Assembly: GCF_002113885.1 (NCBI RefSeq)
Contig: NW_018479994.1
Span: 124,001-188,000 of the forward strand
Source: Mizuhopecten yessoensis
Lineage: Eukaryota
Length of the DNA: 64,000 bases
Reading direction: 5' to 3'
Part shown: positions 26,305-38,716 of the stretch, in pieces
How the letters are laid out: the number at the start of each line of letters is the position of its first letter
How positions within the stretch are numbered: position 1 is the first letter of the stretch
Position numbers and translations under genes: made by a program
Notes under the pieces: model-generated
Seen by the model: the letters and a program-made list of their open reading frames with translations, nothing else
The model's database searches: none
What the model was told of the DNA's origin: nothing

Positions 26305-27197
26305 TTAATAACTTCTTTTTGAATAAGTGTTGGAAAATCTCTATTTACAAGCTCAAATAAAAACAATTGCAAAAATAAATAGCTATAAAAGTGCTGTTAT
26401 TGCAGAAAAAGTCAAAGCTTGCAATTTGAAGTCACACGTGCTTAAAGGATGACGTCACCATTAGTCACAAGCTACGCCATTGAGGTCAAACAATAGGTTT
26501 TACTGGAAGAGAGCACGCGCTCAATACTGATATAATCATAGGTCAGATAGAGGCCTTTAGCCGGTTACATAATAACCATGGGATACAATGATACCTTACA
26601 TGATACCACAATCATTGTAATATACACGAGGTAGTCAATTATCTACAAACCGAATCATCGTAATATACACGAGATAGCCAATTATCTCTTAGCCGAATCA
26701 TGCATCTTGATACATGTTGAACTTCCTAAATAATTTCTTTAAACATGTAACGACAGACACACAACATTGAATTTAAATGTTATCAATTGACCTATTTCAG
26801 AAATGGGGTACGTTTCCGTGTAATGTGTAACCACCCATTGTCAAGTCGACATGTTTTTATTTCACACGACACCGGAAATGGAAATGTTCTCAATGGTGAG
26901 ATTGACAAATACTACACGGTACTCTTTTGACCTATTGACCTTGAGTATAAATGGATGTGTTTTATCATTGAGATTTTTCTGGTGAATCAAATCAGAGTGT
27001 TTACTTGTTTGCAAAAGAACCTTTTATCACCGATGACACAAGACCTTTCTCCACAAAACCTCAGAGGCGCTAGCTCCCAGCAAGCTACAAACTATTAGGC
27101 GGTCACCATTATCCGCCCATTGTACCACCATTGAAAGCTCGCAAAGTTGTTTCTGAAGCGGAACAGGACGGCCGCCATCCCTCTACCGTGGCCGACT

Positions 27198-27211
27198 CCG
27201 CCAGGGGGCGG
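27198..27211 (+). promoter_or_regulatory. Strong CTCF-like motif in a GC-rich island (about 27060-27260)
   Basis: CCGCCAGGGGGCGG; a YY1-like GGCCGCCATC lies about 25 bp upstream. Confidence 0.5.
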
Positions 27212-29056
27212 TACTGTCGCTTCCCTCCTAATTCAGCTCCGTAAAGGAAGAAGATGGTATTTGTCTGGATTGATAACGTCTAGACGTTTTGTCCAAACAT
27301 TGAATCGTTGTCGACCACACGTTTGTCATGTTAAGCAGTGGTCAGCAGTCAAACACACGCTTCTCCGATCAAGACACGATCGTCACTTTTGACCATTCAT
27401 TGACGTTAAAAGTAGAAACATTTTTGATCCGTGCGTGTGCTAAGCTGACATGTTTAAATAACCTTGACCTTGAAATAGGGTTATGGAAAGCAATTGACTC
27501 GCTCTTCCCCTGTCATGAAGTACGAAACTGTCCCAAAATATAGAAGTGCGAAAATAGTATTAATATTTATTTATATTCAAATTCATTTTCACGTGGACTA
27601 ATTTGTGATCATAGATTGTATTATTGTATAAAATGAAGCTTAAATTTCATTTCTAAACTTAAAACCCGTGACATAACACCATAGCGAAGCATAGATTCGA
27701 AAACTCCTAAGACTTATTCATAATGATAACAAGACATAACAATGAACGAAATGGTTCAGAGACAATTAAAGGATTTTAGTTAACCTAGGTAAATAAAACG
27801 AATGAATTGTACAAAACTGCGAAAAAATACTTATTCAAGTAAACATATATCCACGTACATCTGTTCGTGTTTATGCAATCCATACATGTTTAACTGGTCA
27901 GCAGGAATCTATTTTCAAACCAACATAATTTTAAACGGTTAGATAATCTAATATATCCAAAATGAACATCTCATGTTGTCATATTAAAGAAATAATCCAG
28001 TAGCATCATAGCTGCAGAGTCGTCTGCATCTTCGACACCCAAGGGTGATATTCTGGATAAACATATTTCCCTTGCTAAGTAGACGTATGTGTTTATAGGG
28101 CGCTTTATTAATATTATATTATATGTGATATCGAGGGCGGAGCCTTGGATGCTGAAGATGATTCATACTAATTTACAGCAGGACTTTAACATATGTTTCA
28201 GCTTCAGATTATGAAATTTTATCAATATAAAGCAAAGTTACCGAAACCAAATATGATTAAAAATAATATTTAAGCATTTCTAAAAGCAGTCCGAATATTT
28301 GGTATTGATTGATTGATTGATTTTTGTTTTATTTTTTATTTATTTATTTATTTTTAGATTAACGCAAAATAACATTATTTTTGGCAATCCACCTTATAGA
28401 TCCTCAAACACAATTTGGAATTAAGAATGATTTGCAATACAATATATGCTTGTTGTGTTAAATTGATGTCGGTACCTAATTATACAGCTGTATCCGCTTT
28501 TGTATCTAAATAGAAAATCATCACCATTATAGTCAGAATATTTCCATTTGAAAGTGATACATCGTAGTGATGTATACTTAACTGAACTTAATAAAGTTCT
28601 GAAGCTCTGGAATCATAATGAAGGGACATTTTCTCAGGAAAATAAACACAAAGGGAACCTGGGGTTTTTTTCAAGAAAAGATAAATGCTACAGGCAGACA
28701 ATAGCATTCGTGATACAAAACATGAACAAATACACCGGACTTCCGGTTTAGCAAAAACAATGATTTCTTTAATTTCTTCTTATTGTTGCGTTATGTAACT
28801 ATTATTGAAGCACATTTTAAATTGTAATAGGTAAAAGCAGAGTTAATAAGAATGCGCATTGAATAATACACATAGTTGCACACAAGTTTCGGTGTAACAA
28901 ATGAATAAAGGGCTGCACGTAATGAAACACGAGACCGCTTTAGTAAGCGACACTTCGCTATCCCAATCACATACAAAATCAGGTACTTGTAGATGTAGCC
29001 AAAATATTAAGTGACAGCGTGCATTCGATATGCCAGGTCTAAGTGACGTTTGGTGA

Positions 29057-29238
29057 AAAAGGGGGGCATAACTCTGTGTATAGTCGCGTAAGAGACCCAA
29101 ATTTAGAACCCGAATCTCTGCCATTCCAAAAGCTATTCGAATACAGAATTTGGCAAGTCCCCGAACAAAACAAAACCAGTACCGACAGACGGACTGACAA
29201 ACAGAATGCTAACCTAAAACCTCCTCCGAACTAAAAAC
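29057..29238 (+). mobile_element. pearl/CvA-like (Helentron-associated) element remnant
   Basis: AAAGGGGGGCATAACTC core-repeat motif, then a GACAGACGGACTGACAAACAG microsatellite and a degenerate AACCTA...CCTCCG terminus. Family assignment is from recall of bivalve repeats. Confidence 0.5.
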
Positions 29239-29777
29239 AACTCTTTGACTGTAAAACATCTCTTTTCTTATATTTGGAATCAGATATGAGTAAAACAGAG
29301 TTGGATCTTGTCGGGGGTCTACAGTTTTTTACGAGGTACATAAATATATTCTATAGTAAATTAATATTGAAAAATATAGCAATTTGTATTTGATACATTT
29401 TGACATTACTCAAGTTTCAAAATATCTGTTGAAATTAATATAACAACCTCTATACTCAATGGGTGACAGGCTTGCTCAGTGCCCCTCAAAACATTTAGGT
29501 ACAAATAAACTCAATTGAACTCTACACGGCGTTGAAAGTTGTATCAATTTTGGTGTTTAAAGATGTCTACCATTCAGAAAAATCCTTTGATCTTTATTTA
29601 ATTAACAAGTTGGAAATATTTCGTGACAAACGACCGTAAGGAATATAAAAGACGTTGATATTGTACGGCGATTATATTTAGATGCTATGGAGAGTATTAC
29701 TCCGTTCGATTTTCAATATCTTGTAACTGTTTGACAACTTCAGATCTAGCTTCTTGGGTTTGGTGGCGCTGGCCTCC

Positions 29778-30148
29778 TTTAGAGTATCTGTCCCACTGCG
29801 TTGTGTTGTTTTTTACTACATACAGTTACCTCCCCTTAATTTAGTTTTGGATAAAACTCTAGTACAGATTGTAAAGACAATTTCCATTGATCGGATAGCT
29901 TAGTCGTTTAGAGCTATAGCATAACAATCTGAAGTCCAGGGTGCGAATCCAGGTCTTACCCCGCTTAACTATTCACATCTAGAATACAATTGATGATTAT
30001 ATAAAATTATTAAAAAAAAACCATAAACGTCCCGCGAGGTATGGTTTTCTTTTCCGAAATGGTTCATTAAAGGTTAAATCATGCCAGAAAAAAATAATTT
30101 CCTATACGTAGTTATAAGGTTTTTTGACACACAGTGGTATGGGGATCC
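29778..30148 (+). mobile_element. TTAA-MITE copy with the most complete internal tRNA-like cassette
   Basis: Right TIR CAGTGGTATGGGGATCC|TTAA at about 30132-30152; degenerate left TIR TTTAGAGTATCTGTCCCACTGC; internal blocks shared with the other copies. Confidence 0.7.
29889..29960 (+). pseudogene. tRNA-Lys(TTT)-like pseudo-tRNA inside a MITE
   Basis: GATCGGATAGCTTAGTCGTTTAGAGC...AATCTGAAGTCCAGGGTGCGAATCCAGGTCTTACC aligns to metazoan tRNA-Lys(UUU) (GCCCGGATAGCTCAGTCGGTAGAGC...AATCTGAGGGTCCAGGGTTC). A-box at 29896 and B-box at 29940 are 44 nt apart; acceptor, anticodon and T stems are broken, so it is not a functional tRNA. Confidence 0.65.
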
Positions 30149-33100
30149 TTAAGGAAAAATATATTTTTCATCAGCGTGTAGAAAACCAGAATCAAAATGT
30201 TGGCTGCCTCCTAGAATTTTCTTTATAGCATTTTCCGAGCTCAGTTATATATTTAACAAACGATGATATTGTTATAACACGTGTTACTCAATCTTCTTTA
30301 CAAATTATTAATAATTGAAAATTTGTCTTCTTTATTAAAGATGATCTGACAGAAAACTAGTTTCTATATGGGGGTTAGAGGTTATATTTCCTCAATTTCG
30401 TGTTGCCATACCAACAGAGTTTCCATGGAAACACAAATTGGTTGCATCTTTCGCAATTGTGTGAGAACGGTTGGTTGTTATGGTTATCGCTAGGCGTAAT
30501 TAAAGGGCGGTAACCACACCTGTTGCAGGTAAAATGTAACAAAATGTTCCTCGACTGACAAAAACGCAGCTTCAGGTTCAGGAAGGACGAGGTCAAAGGT
30601 CATTTCTATGTTGTATATCTTAGGATAGCGTGTTCTGTGACAAAATTATTTTCCAATGTTTCCCTTAAACATGTTACGTCAAGCCATTATTCTTTTTTTT
30701 AGTGTTTGATAATTCAAAGATAAATTGCTCCAGATATTACACATATTATTTGTGAAAATCTGTTTTGCATTTGGATTAGCTATACAATCATGTTAGCGTA
30801 GGTAGATGGTATGGTGGAATCGAAATTAGGCACGTGTCCTTTTCGAAAATCGTAATTGATCCAAAACGTGACGTCTTCAATATGACATCATACTATACTC
30901 TAGTCAAGAATACGAAAAAGAACCTTTTCTTTACTACGGGATAAAATTTGATGTTTAAAAAGAAGGAGGAATCGTGACTAGCATTCTCCCGAGCACGAGA
31001 CACAATTCAAGTTGTTTTAATTAGAATTCAATTTGTTTTGAGCACACTTTGTATATTCATAAAATGAAAAAAAAAAATACATTCCATCTTTTGTAAGAAT
31101 TGTTAACATTTTATGAATTAAGTTTAAAACTCTATAAAATAAGGTAGCTACTCGAATTTAATCTTTTCCCCCCTTTGTATGGCTCTATTAGAGAGAACGA
31201 TTGTTCCTTTCGCTAAACTGCGGAAAAATAAGTCAATAAACGACGCACCTTTCGTTGTAACACCTGGAGAAATATGTGTGTTGACGTGACGGGGTCATTC
31301 GGTGTAAGTGCACAATCTGAGCTAAGGGTGGGATATTTATAGCGCATTGTGAGCTCGTTGCGTAAGGCTTGGTCTAAATATCTTACACTGTTCGCCTGGT
31401 ACCCGATACCGGTGCGTATATATATATGTATTGGGTAAACTGGCTTTGGTAAGGTGTGTTTAGGTTTCCTATCAGTTTGTAATCGTCGCTACCCCAGCCC
31501 CCGCAGGACTTATATGAACGTACATGATTTATTTGAAAACAGTTTCAGTAGGTTTAGACATGGATGGAACGTCAGAAGATCGAGTAGAAACAATGTATTT
31601 ACTTGTAGGAAGTTCTTCCGATCAATTTTGCCACATCGAGCGTAGATTATATTTGACCGGTATTTAATATAAAACGAAAATCATTCTGATAAATGACAAT
31701 GAACTCAAACAGTTACTTTCATCTATTTAACTAATCTGCTTAGAACGGGACAAAATATTAACGTTCTTATCTTCTATCACTGAGTCAGTTCAGGAAAAGA
31801 CAATCCAAACCTCTATCTAGTTTGATTTAAACGTGTGTATTGCCCAAATAAACAGATATACAGGAGTTGGCAAAATGTATTCCAACTTATAAAGGCTTTA
31901 ATTATCGCCAATAATGACAAAAGGCGAAATGAAATTTTAAGCGGAATATTAATCATACGCTTCTCTTGTGTAAAAAAACGTTTTTCTGGCTATACGGAAA
32001 AAATCTTTAAAACTTTTGTTTTCCCCCTTTTTAATGGAAATATAAAACAAACAAACAGATGAAGAGATTAATTTGAGTATTTAAAATTCTATTGCATATA
32101 AAATTGGGTAACAAAAAACAACAAAAACAAAAAGTTTATAACTCAAAATAATTGTGGAAATGGTACGTCAAGGATTTTTGTGAAAGAAAGTACTTTTCAT
32201 TTGTCATAAACACCGCACTGTCAGTTAAACAACAAAACCAAACCTTAAGTACAGTTTTAGTATCGTGTGTGGTTATTGTTTTCTATAATTTATTGACTAT
32301 TTAATGAATACAAAGGAAATGAGACTGAGTCATAAGATGGTAATGTGGACAGGTAGACAGATTCGTGAATGGAAAAAGTATGAAATATGTACGTGTACAC
32401 TTATCACCCTTCTACCTCCCAGATCGACCGACCTATTCAGATTTCATTACCAAGATATACCGATCAGATAGACAGGTTACGCTGTAGATAGACCGTGCCA
32501 ATAGACCCTGTGATGGTTAGATTCTGTCCGATATCAGCCGTCAATTTGTTGATCATCATTTTACACTATTGTCCGTCACAAGCAAATACCGGTATAAATG
32601 CCAGCCACCGTCCACCTGACAACGTAGGCGAGTATATAGAGGGGTCGAATCTACCCGTATTTATAATTCTCTCATTATCTTGTCCAAAGAGAAAGTCTTA
32701 TCTTATAGATTGTATCTTAACATTTGGCCTGGGGGTGAGCAATAACGATCAATATGCATTTTATGTATCCGTTTTGGATGTCGTATATATGGGGATTACT
32801 CTGTTTATGTTGACACCGATGTATTTATTGGATTTCGGGAGAGATCTGTCCGATTTTGTACGGATTCACTACAAAACCAACGGCAGACAATAGATACCGA
32901 GTCAATTTATGGCAAATTTTCACATAAATAATTTGACCCGAGCTATAAAAATAATATTTTCGTCTGTTTTTATGAGCCGTGACTTAACGACACCATGAGT
33001 AGGAGCACTTGGTCGGCACGCGGATGTCACCTTTTTATATACTTTCCGGACTTTTATACCAGCTTTGGTTTCTAAAATTGACATTAGTAGTATCGTCACA

Positions 33101-33344
33101 TTTTCTTTACGACTTCATGAGCGACTATGAATGGCGAGAATACCTGTACGATATAGCTGGTCCCCACACCTTAGAACACCTGTGCGGACGGGTACTCGAC
33201 CCCTAAAATCACCAACGTCCCTTTTACATTGATGACATGGCAACCCTTCGCGTACGCAGTGCCATGGTACGAGTTACTCAAAACACAATCAGATTTAATA
33301 TATGACAAATTAGTAATTCAAGTTTAAAATTTAAGACCTCTTTT

Positions 33345-33598
33345 AACATCTTTATTGATTTTAAAACAATTAAAAAACAAGTTTATTAACGTATTTGAAT
33401 CAATCTTGTTGGCCCCGATGGAAGCGCACAGGGGTCATTTTGTTGGGAGAAAATCATAGTACCCGGAAAACCTTCGAGGTCAGACTTATGACTCCAATAC
33501 GACTTCTTATGACTCCAATACGTCTTCAGGTCTGATCGGGAATCGAACCCGGCTGTTTGATATAAAGGCGAAAGCTTTATCCATTGCGCCATCCGACC
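33345..33598 (-). mobile_element. Near full-length tRNA-derived SINE with a V-domain-like core
   Basis: Head GGTCGGATGGCGCAATGG (A-box), GGGTTCGATTCCC (B-box, 33538-33550), core GGTTTTCCGGGTACT...TTTCTCCCA, AATAAA-containing tail. Confidence 0.8.
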
Positions 33599-33707
33599 AG
33601 TGCGAGTTTAGTGGGAGGTTTTTTTTAAATGTACCAATTACAGTTCTGTGATTAATTTGAGGACCAAACTTTCGATTTTCCTAGATGTTTTCATCTGACA
33701 GACATCT

Positions 33708-33804
33708 GTCACCAAGACGACCGGTGTTCGAACCCCCGGTCAGACGTGAAAAGGTATTGGGTCACATCCCCGATCACGTGGTTTTTCTCCCGAATCTCCG
33801 GTTT
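33708..33804 (+). mobile_element. Partial SINE of the same family as 33345-33598, opposite strand
   Basis: GTGTTCGAACCCCCGGTCAGACGTGAAAAGGTATTGGGTCAC...CGTGGTTTTTCTCCCGAATCTCCGGTTT matches the B-box-to-core segment of the neighbouring copy. Confidence 0.75.
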
Positions 33805-36800
33805 GTAATTGTTAATCAGAAAGTAATATTGCGTCACCGTATTGTATTATTCAATTATTTCTGTTTTGATTTCGGACTTATTTTATTTTATGATGATTCT
33901 ACTTTTAAATTTACATTTCTCAGCATAATATTACTTCAGACGATAAGCTAGAACGATTTGTTCTTTCTTTTATTTAAAATCTGTGATACAGAAGAATGAT
34001 AACGTGGATATGCGAGAGCTCATCCCCGTTACCGCACGTCAACTATAAGCCACAAGTCGGACGGCGGAGAGGAATACACGTCTTTGAAGTCCCGTACATA
34101 GCACTCCGAGCTAATTAAACCAGACTGAGGTGAATCTTCCAACACCGGGACCAGTGTTGGGCCGTCTAGCCTCGTTTGTCTCCAGCAAAAGGAACAAAAC
34201 AAACAATGTCCGTACCTTTCAGATCCATACCCATAAAAAACGAGCCCGGGGCTCAAACACAGCAGGTACTATCATAATTTTCCGGACGTATTGTCCGGAT
34301 TTCGGGTTGTTAAAAATACCGGCTTTGTTTCCGTCGTTTAGTTTGACACTTTGGGTCGTGGGTTCCCACTGGGGTGTAGAACCGGGTGTTTTTCACGGGC
34401 GGAGAGCTAATAATGGGGTTAATTTGTTTGATCGGGTATGTCTCTGTAGAATGAGCGATTCTCTTAATTTGTCTCTAAATTCCTTTTTATGAACTGGACA
34501 GTCAAGTAATGATGATGATGGATGGTACACGAGCTACTGACTTGGCCTAAAGTCGTTACACGAGCATTTTTCAAATACCTCGTTTAGTGCTCTGTTTACG
34601 ATGACCAAAGCATTACATCATGTGGTGCATTGTAGAATTTAAAAGATCGAAAACAATAAACATAGTTTTGGGGTGACGATGCACAAGTCGCTGTGACGTA
34701 ACGTGTAATTGTGCATACGTAATTGTCAACGCCCTAGCCTCGCTTTCGTGAAAATTTTAAGTACAATGTACAAGTATTTGTGTATTATCAGAGGAATATG
34801 ATACATATATGTTTTATTGATGTCATTTAAGGACAAGCACACGGAATGTCCTAGACAGTTATTAAGTATTACTCGGGACATTTTTAACATAATTAGTGAG
34901 TGACAACTTCTGTAAATTCGGATTGCAATGCCGATAGCACGGCTCAAATAAATTCAGGATGCACTTTAAGAATTTTACAGCACTGCGGAATGTATACGCA
35001 TAGTATTGATTTATTATTCGGGGATAGTGACTGTTAAAATGTTAAAAAAAATGTCTCTTTTGTTTTTTCGGTTTTGTCAAGACATACTGTGAGAGTTTGA
35101 AAATGCTCCCTTGCAGAAGTACAACTGTTAACTGAATGCTGTCGAGATGTGTACCGAGGGACTTGGTACTCCTTGTTAATGAAAACGGAACAATAATTGA
35201 GCTAATAATGTTGAATCAGAGAAACAAATAAGCGCGGACTCATAGAAGGGTGTACACTCGTGGCGTGGCGTTTGATCATAGGGCGCACTAAAATTAGGGT
35301 GATATTAGTTACAAATTTACCGAGAGGCTTAATGAAGGAACCTCCGAAATCCCTCTAGATCTTTAACTGAAAATAGTAAAACTGGGTTAAATTTTACATC
35401 GGTTTCTGTGTAAGAATGAAACCACATCTTTTGTGTATCGACTCTCGTTAAAGACCTTGTTAGGTTAGCAAAATGTTAACAAATATATAATCGTAAATGT
35501 TCTCTCTTTTTTGTTTATACAATTATCAAAATTACATGTTTTAATAATCGAGATGATAGTATGTATAAAGAAAATTTAAAGACTATTTGCAAATTTTGAA
35601 CAAAATTATAAGAATATGTAATTTCTAAATATTTTGTTAACCTAACCATGCTTTTGCAAATGGGTACTGACAGAGCGATAACGAGGGGAGACAATTCGGA
35701 TATACATTGGAAATGAAGACGCCAGTCTATCGCAGAATATCGTTCCAGTAAGTTTATACTCATTTTTACAGCTACGCCTACTGTAAGAAAACATGTTTAA
35801 ATGTTCTATAATTCGAAGGCTAGATGAAATATTGTTCAAACGATAAACTGGACAAATACCTTGCATTAGACTGGTATACATGTGTACTACTGTAACGTAA
35901 CAACTAATTTGTCAGTTGAAAGATACAATGTTGTTTAAGTAAAACAGAGGTTATTTTGAATTAAGCTTATATATATATATTGGCGTGTTATTCGCAAACC
36001 TTTATCGATTTATCACACAATTACAAAGCCCTTTGGTATTTTTCATGCAGAAAGTCTCACATTTCTTAAATAACATTTTAAACACCCGATACACTTTAAG
36101 CTACGTTTATTGGGTAGCTAACTCTGTAAGGAATCGCCGAAGTGGAGTGTATATTTTGTTGGGGAAGAAGATCCTCAGAGTTTACTTACAGGTATCTTAA
36201 CATACTAACGACAGGGCAAGCACAGGTAAAAGTTTGGTTAGCCTAGCCCTGTCTTTAAAAGTCGGCAATATGTTACTGAAATATCGAAATATTTCTAAGG
36301 TAAACAATTTTAATTAAATTGTTAATAAGACAATTTACTTTCTGATATATACGTCACTGACCACATGAAACAATGGTTTTAAAACCGTTTTTCGCTTTCT
36401 TTAAGACTCGGATTAAGTTTACTGTGTTTCATTGAGAATCCGGGACGAAGGTATAACTTGATTAACACAGCACAGGTGTAAGTTTTACAGGTAAGTTTAT
36501 AGGTTTATTACGAGGCCCAGGTGTCAGTGTATCTATCCGACGCTGTACCGTACACTACCTGTATCAATAACTTTACCCGGGTTTAATGTCGGGTCGAGTT
36601 ACCGTACCTTTAACAGACGGAGTAAGACGATTGAAAACATAAATAAATTTCTTTAGGGTAGGTCATTTAATGGCCTGAAATAGGTATAGATAACTATTCA
36701 TAGTCTAATAAGCTGATTCATTTAATGTGTAATGGTGTTATTCAATGTCAAATGCGATTAAAATTGACGTTGTGTGATTTGACCGATCGGTCCTTTTCCT

Positions 36801-38330
36801 TTCCTAGCACCTGCGGCTATCCTTTAGCGCTTTTGATCTTACCCGAGTTTGTTTCCGCTGGTTTTGTCACAGAAAATGATTGGCATTTCATTATGTGGCT
36901 AATTCCGCACACTGTCATTGGTGTGTTTTCTTACAAAACCGGATGTATTCGAACTCATAAATTGAGAAAAATGTAATCCTCACATATCGTTTGGATTGCT
37001 TTGACTTTTTCACCAAAGACTACACCTCGATATGGCAGTAAGATAGCACTATAACTTGAGTGACGGGACATTTCAGTAAGATAACACTATACTAAATGTT
37101 ATTTGCTATTTCAGTGATATAGTACTCCAAAGTAATAGAAATTACTAGAAATACGAATAAAAAAGCACCTGTTTAAAAATCTAGCGTGACGATGCAAAAA
37201 GTCAAACAAAGTTAACATTTTACTGCATTTTATGGCCATGTTATCCATTTAAGATTTATGAACACTGACAATTAAATTCAGTTATTAAATCTCATAAATA
37301 TTTTTTGTTAGATAGCACTATAGTGGACAAGACTCAATATTTTAAATCTCTGACATGACATTTCAGTTAGCCAGCTAATATATATGAAACAGAATCACAT
37401 TCCGTGATAATTGTTTTATGACATCATGTTTTACGTCAAATTCAAATTCAACTTAGAGAAAAACTAATTTTCCGTTAATGAATTTGGTCTAGGATAAACC
37501 AGATATCTACCTCGTAAATTACTAATTAATGTAAAATCCCAAGAGTCCATTCCCCCGCTAAAGTCCAAGTGTCAAACTTAAAATTAAACACGTACTATAA
37601 TTTAAAATATCGCGGTCGCAAAATAACAATAGCGGTACGAAGTCTTCCATATGTGGAGGTGTGTTTTTCACAAATGTGAGATCCTTGTAATCAATAATTT
37701 TAAAGTCTTTGAACTTACATTGAAAAAATGACACCTGTCCCAGAATACAATTAATAATATTGCTTTATTTTGTTATGATCTTAGTTTTATTTGCTTTTCC
37801 CAGAATCAAATTCAAACAAAGAAAGGAGAACGGGTTAAAAACATTTGTTTTTTAAATGTAACTTTCGGAGTCATATTCCATTCAATTTTATTCTTTGTTT
37901 TGTAGATAGGCACATTCCGCTTAAATATAAAAAAAAATCCTACGGTCAATATAAAATCATAAACGTCAAAAGAAACGACACGAAAAGATCCGAACGGAGC
38001 AGAATAAACCTTGACAGATATTTATTTAGAACTAATGCGTGAACCACAGTAGTTATAAAACGACAGCCAAATGGTAGGTTTGGGTACCAGACTTCCAATA
38101 AAACCCTCTCACACATATACTTATCAACTGATCCTGTATACGGACGTGCTTTTCACGTTAAATGTAAACCCGTTTGAGGAGGTAAAATGACATTTATTAC
38201 CTATACGAAGCGTTCTATGTTGTGTCAGGCTGTCATTTACGACGAGTAAAACCAATCTCAGGAATTCGCCATCAATCGATAACCGAAAAAATATTCTTTC
38301 GGAAAATCTAGGTCATAATGAATATCGCTT

Positions 38331-38716
38331 TACCCATGAAAAAACGGTTATATTAATAATTCATTTGCAGTAACGTCCTTAAATGACCTAAGCTGTTAAT
38401 AGGACGTTAAACAAAAGTACAAAAACCAAACCAGACCATTTGCAGTTGCTCCGTAGCATGCTTCGAGAATCTCATTGCATTCATAGAAGTATATTAATTA
38501 CCCACGATAAAACGGTTATATTTATTCATAGGTTGTGCAGTAGCTCCGTAGCATGCTCCGAGAGTGTCATTGCATTCATAGTAGTATATCTACGCTTCTA
38601 AACACAATATGAGAAATACAAAACTAAATGTTTTCCTTTAAACCGAAAATCCAAAGCAGCTACAAGAGTCTCATTGCATTCATAGCAGTATATTTACGCT
38701 TCTATACACAATATAA
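38331..38716. repeat. Local 95-130 bp imperfect tandem triplication
   Basis: TACCCA.GA.AAAACGGTTATATT (38331, 38499), GCAGT.GCTCCGTAGCATGCT (38442, 38537), TCATTGCATTCATAG three times, TACGCTTCTA.ACACAATAT twice. Confidence 0.85.
38372..38436 (+). mobile_element. 5'-truncated SINE/LINE tail with a 10-bp TSD
   Basis: ACGTCCTTAAATGACCTAAGCTGTTAATAGGACGTTAAAC plus an A-rich tail, nearly identical to the 3' end of the SINE at 40545-40808; TSD CATTTGCAGT at 38362-38371 and 38437-38446. Confidence 0.85.

Noticed and set aside
29889-29960. Functional tRNA gene
   Set aside because: Acceptor, anticodon and T stems are mispaired and the T-loop is TGCGAAT; reported as a pseudo-tRNA.
32495-32893. Longest ORF (132 aa)
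   Set aside because: Non-ATG start, no recognisable domain and no supporting splice structure.
34086-34255. RNase MRP-like P4 halves (GAAGTCCCG ... CGGGGCTCA) about 160 nt apart
   Set aside because: No GARAR P8 loop, no CR-IV motif and no P1 pairing of the ends.
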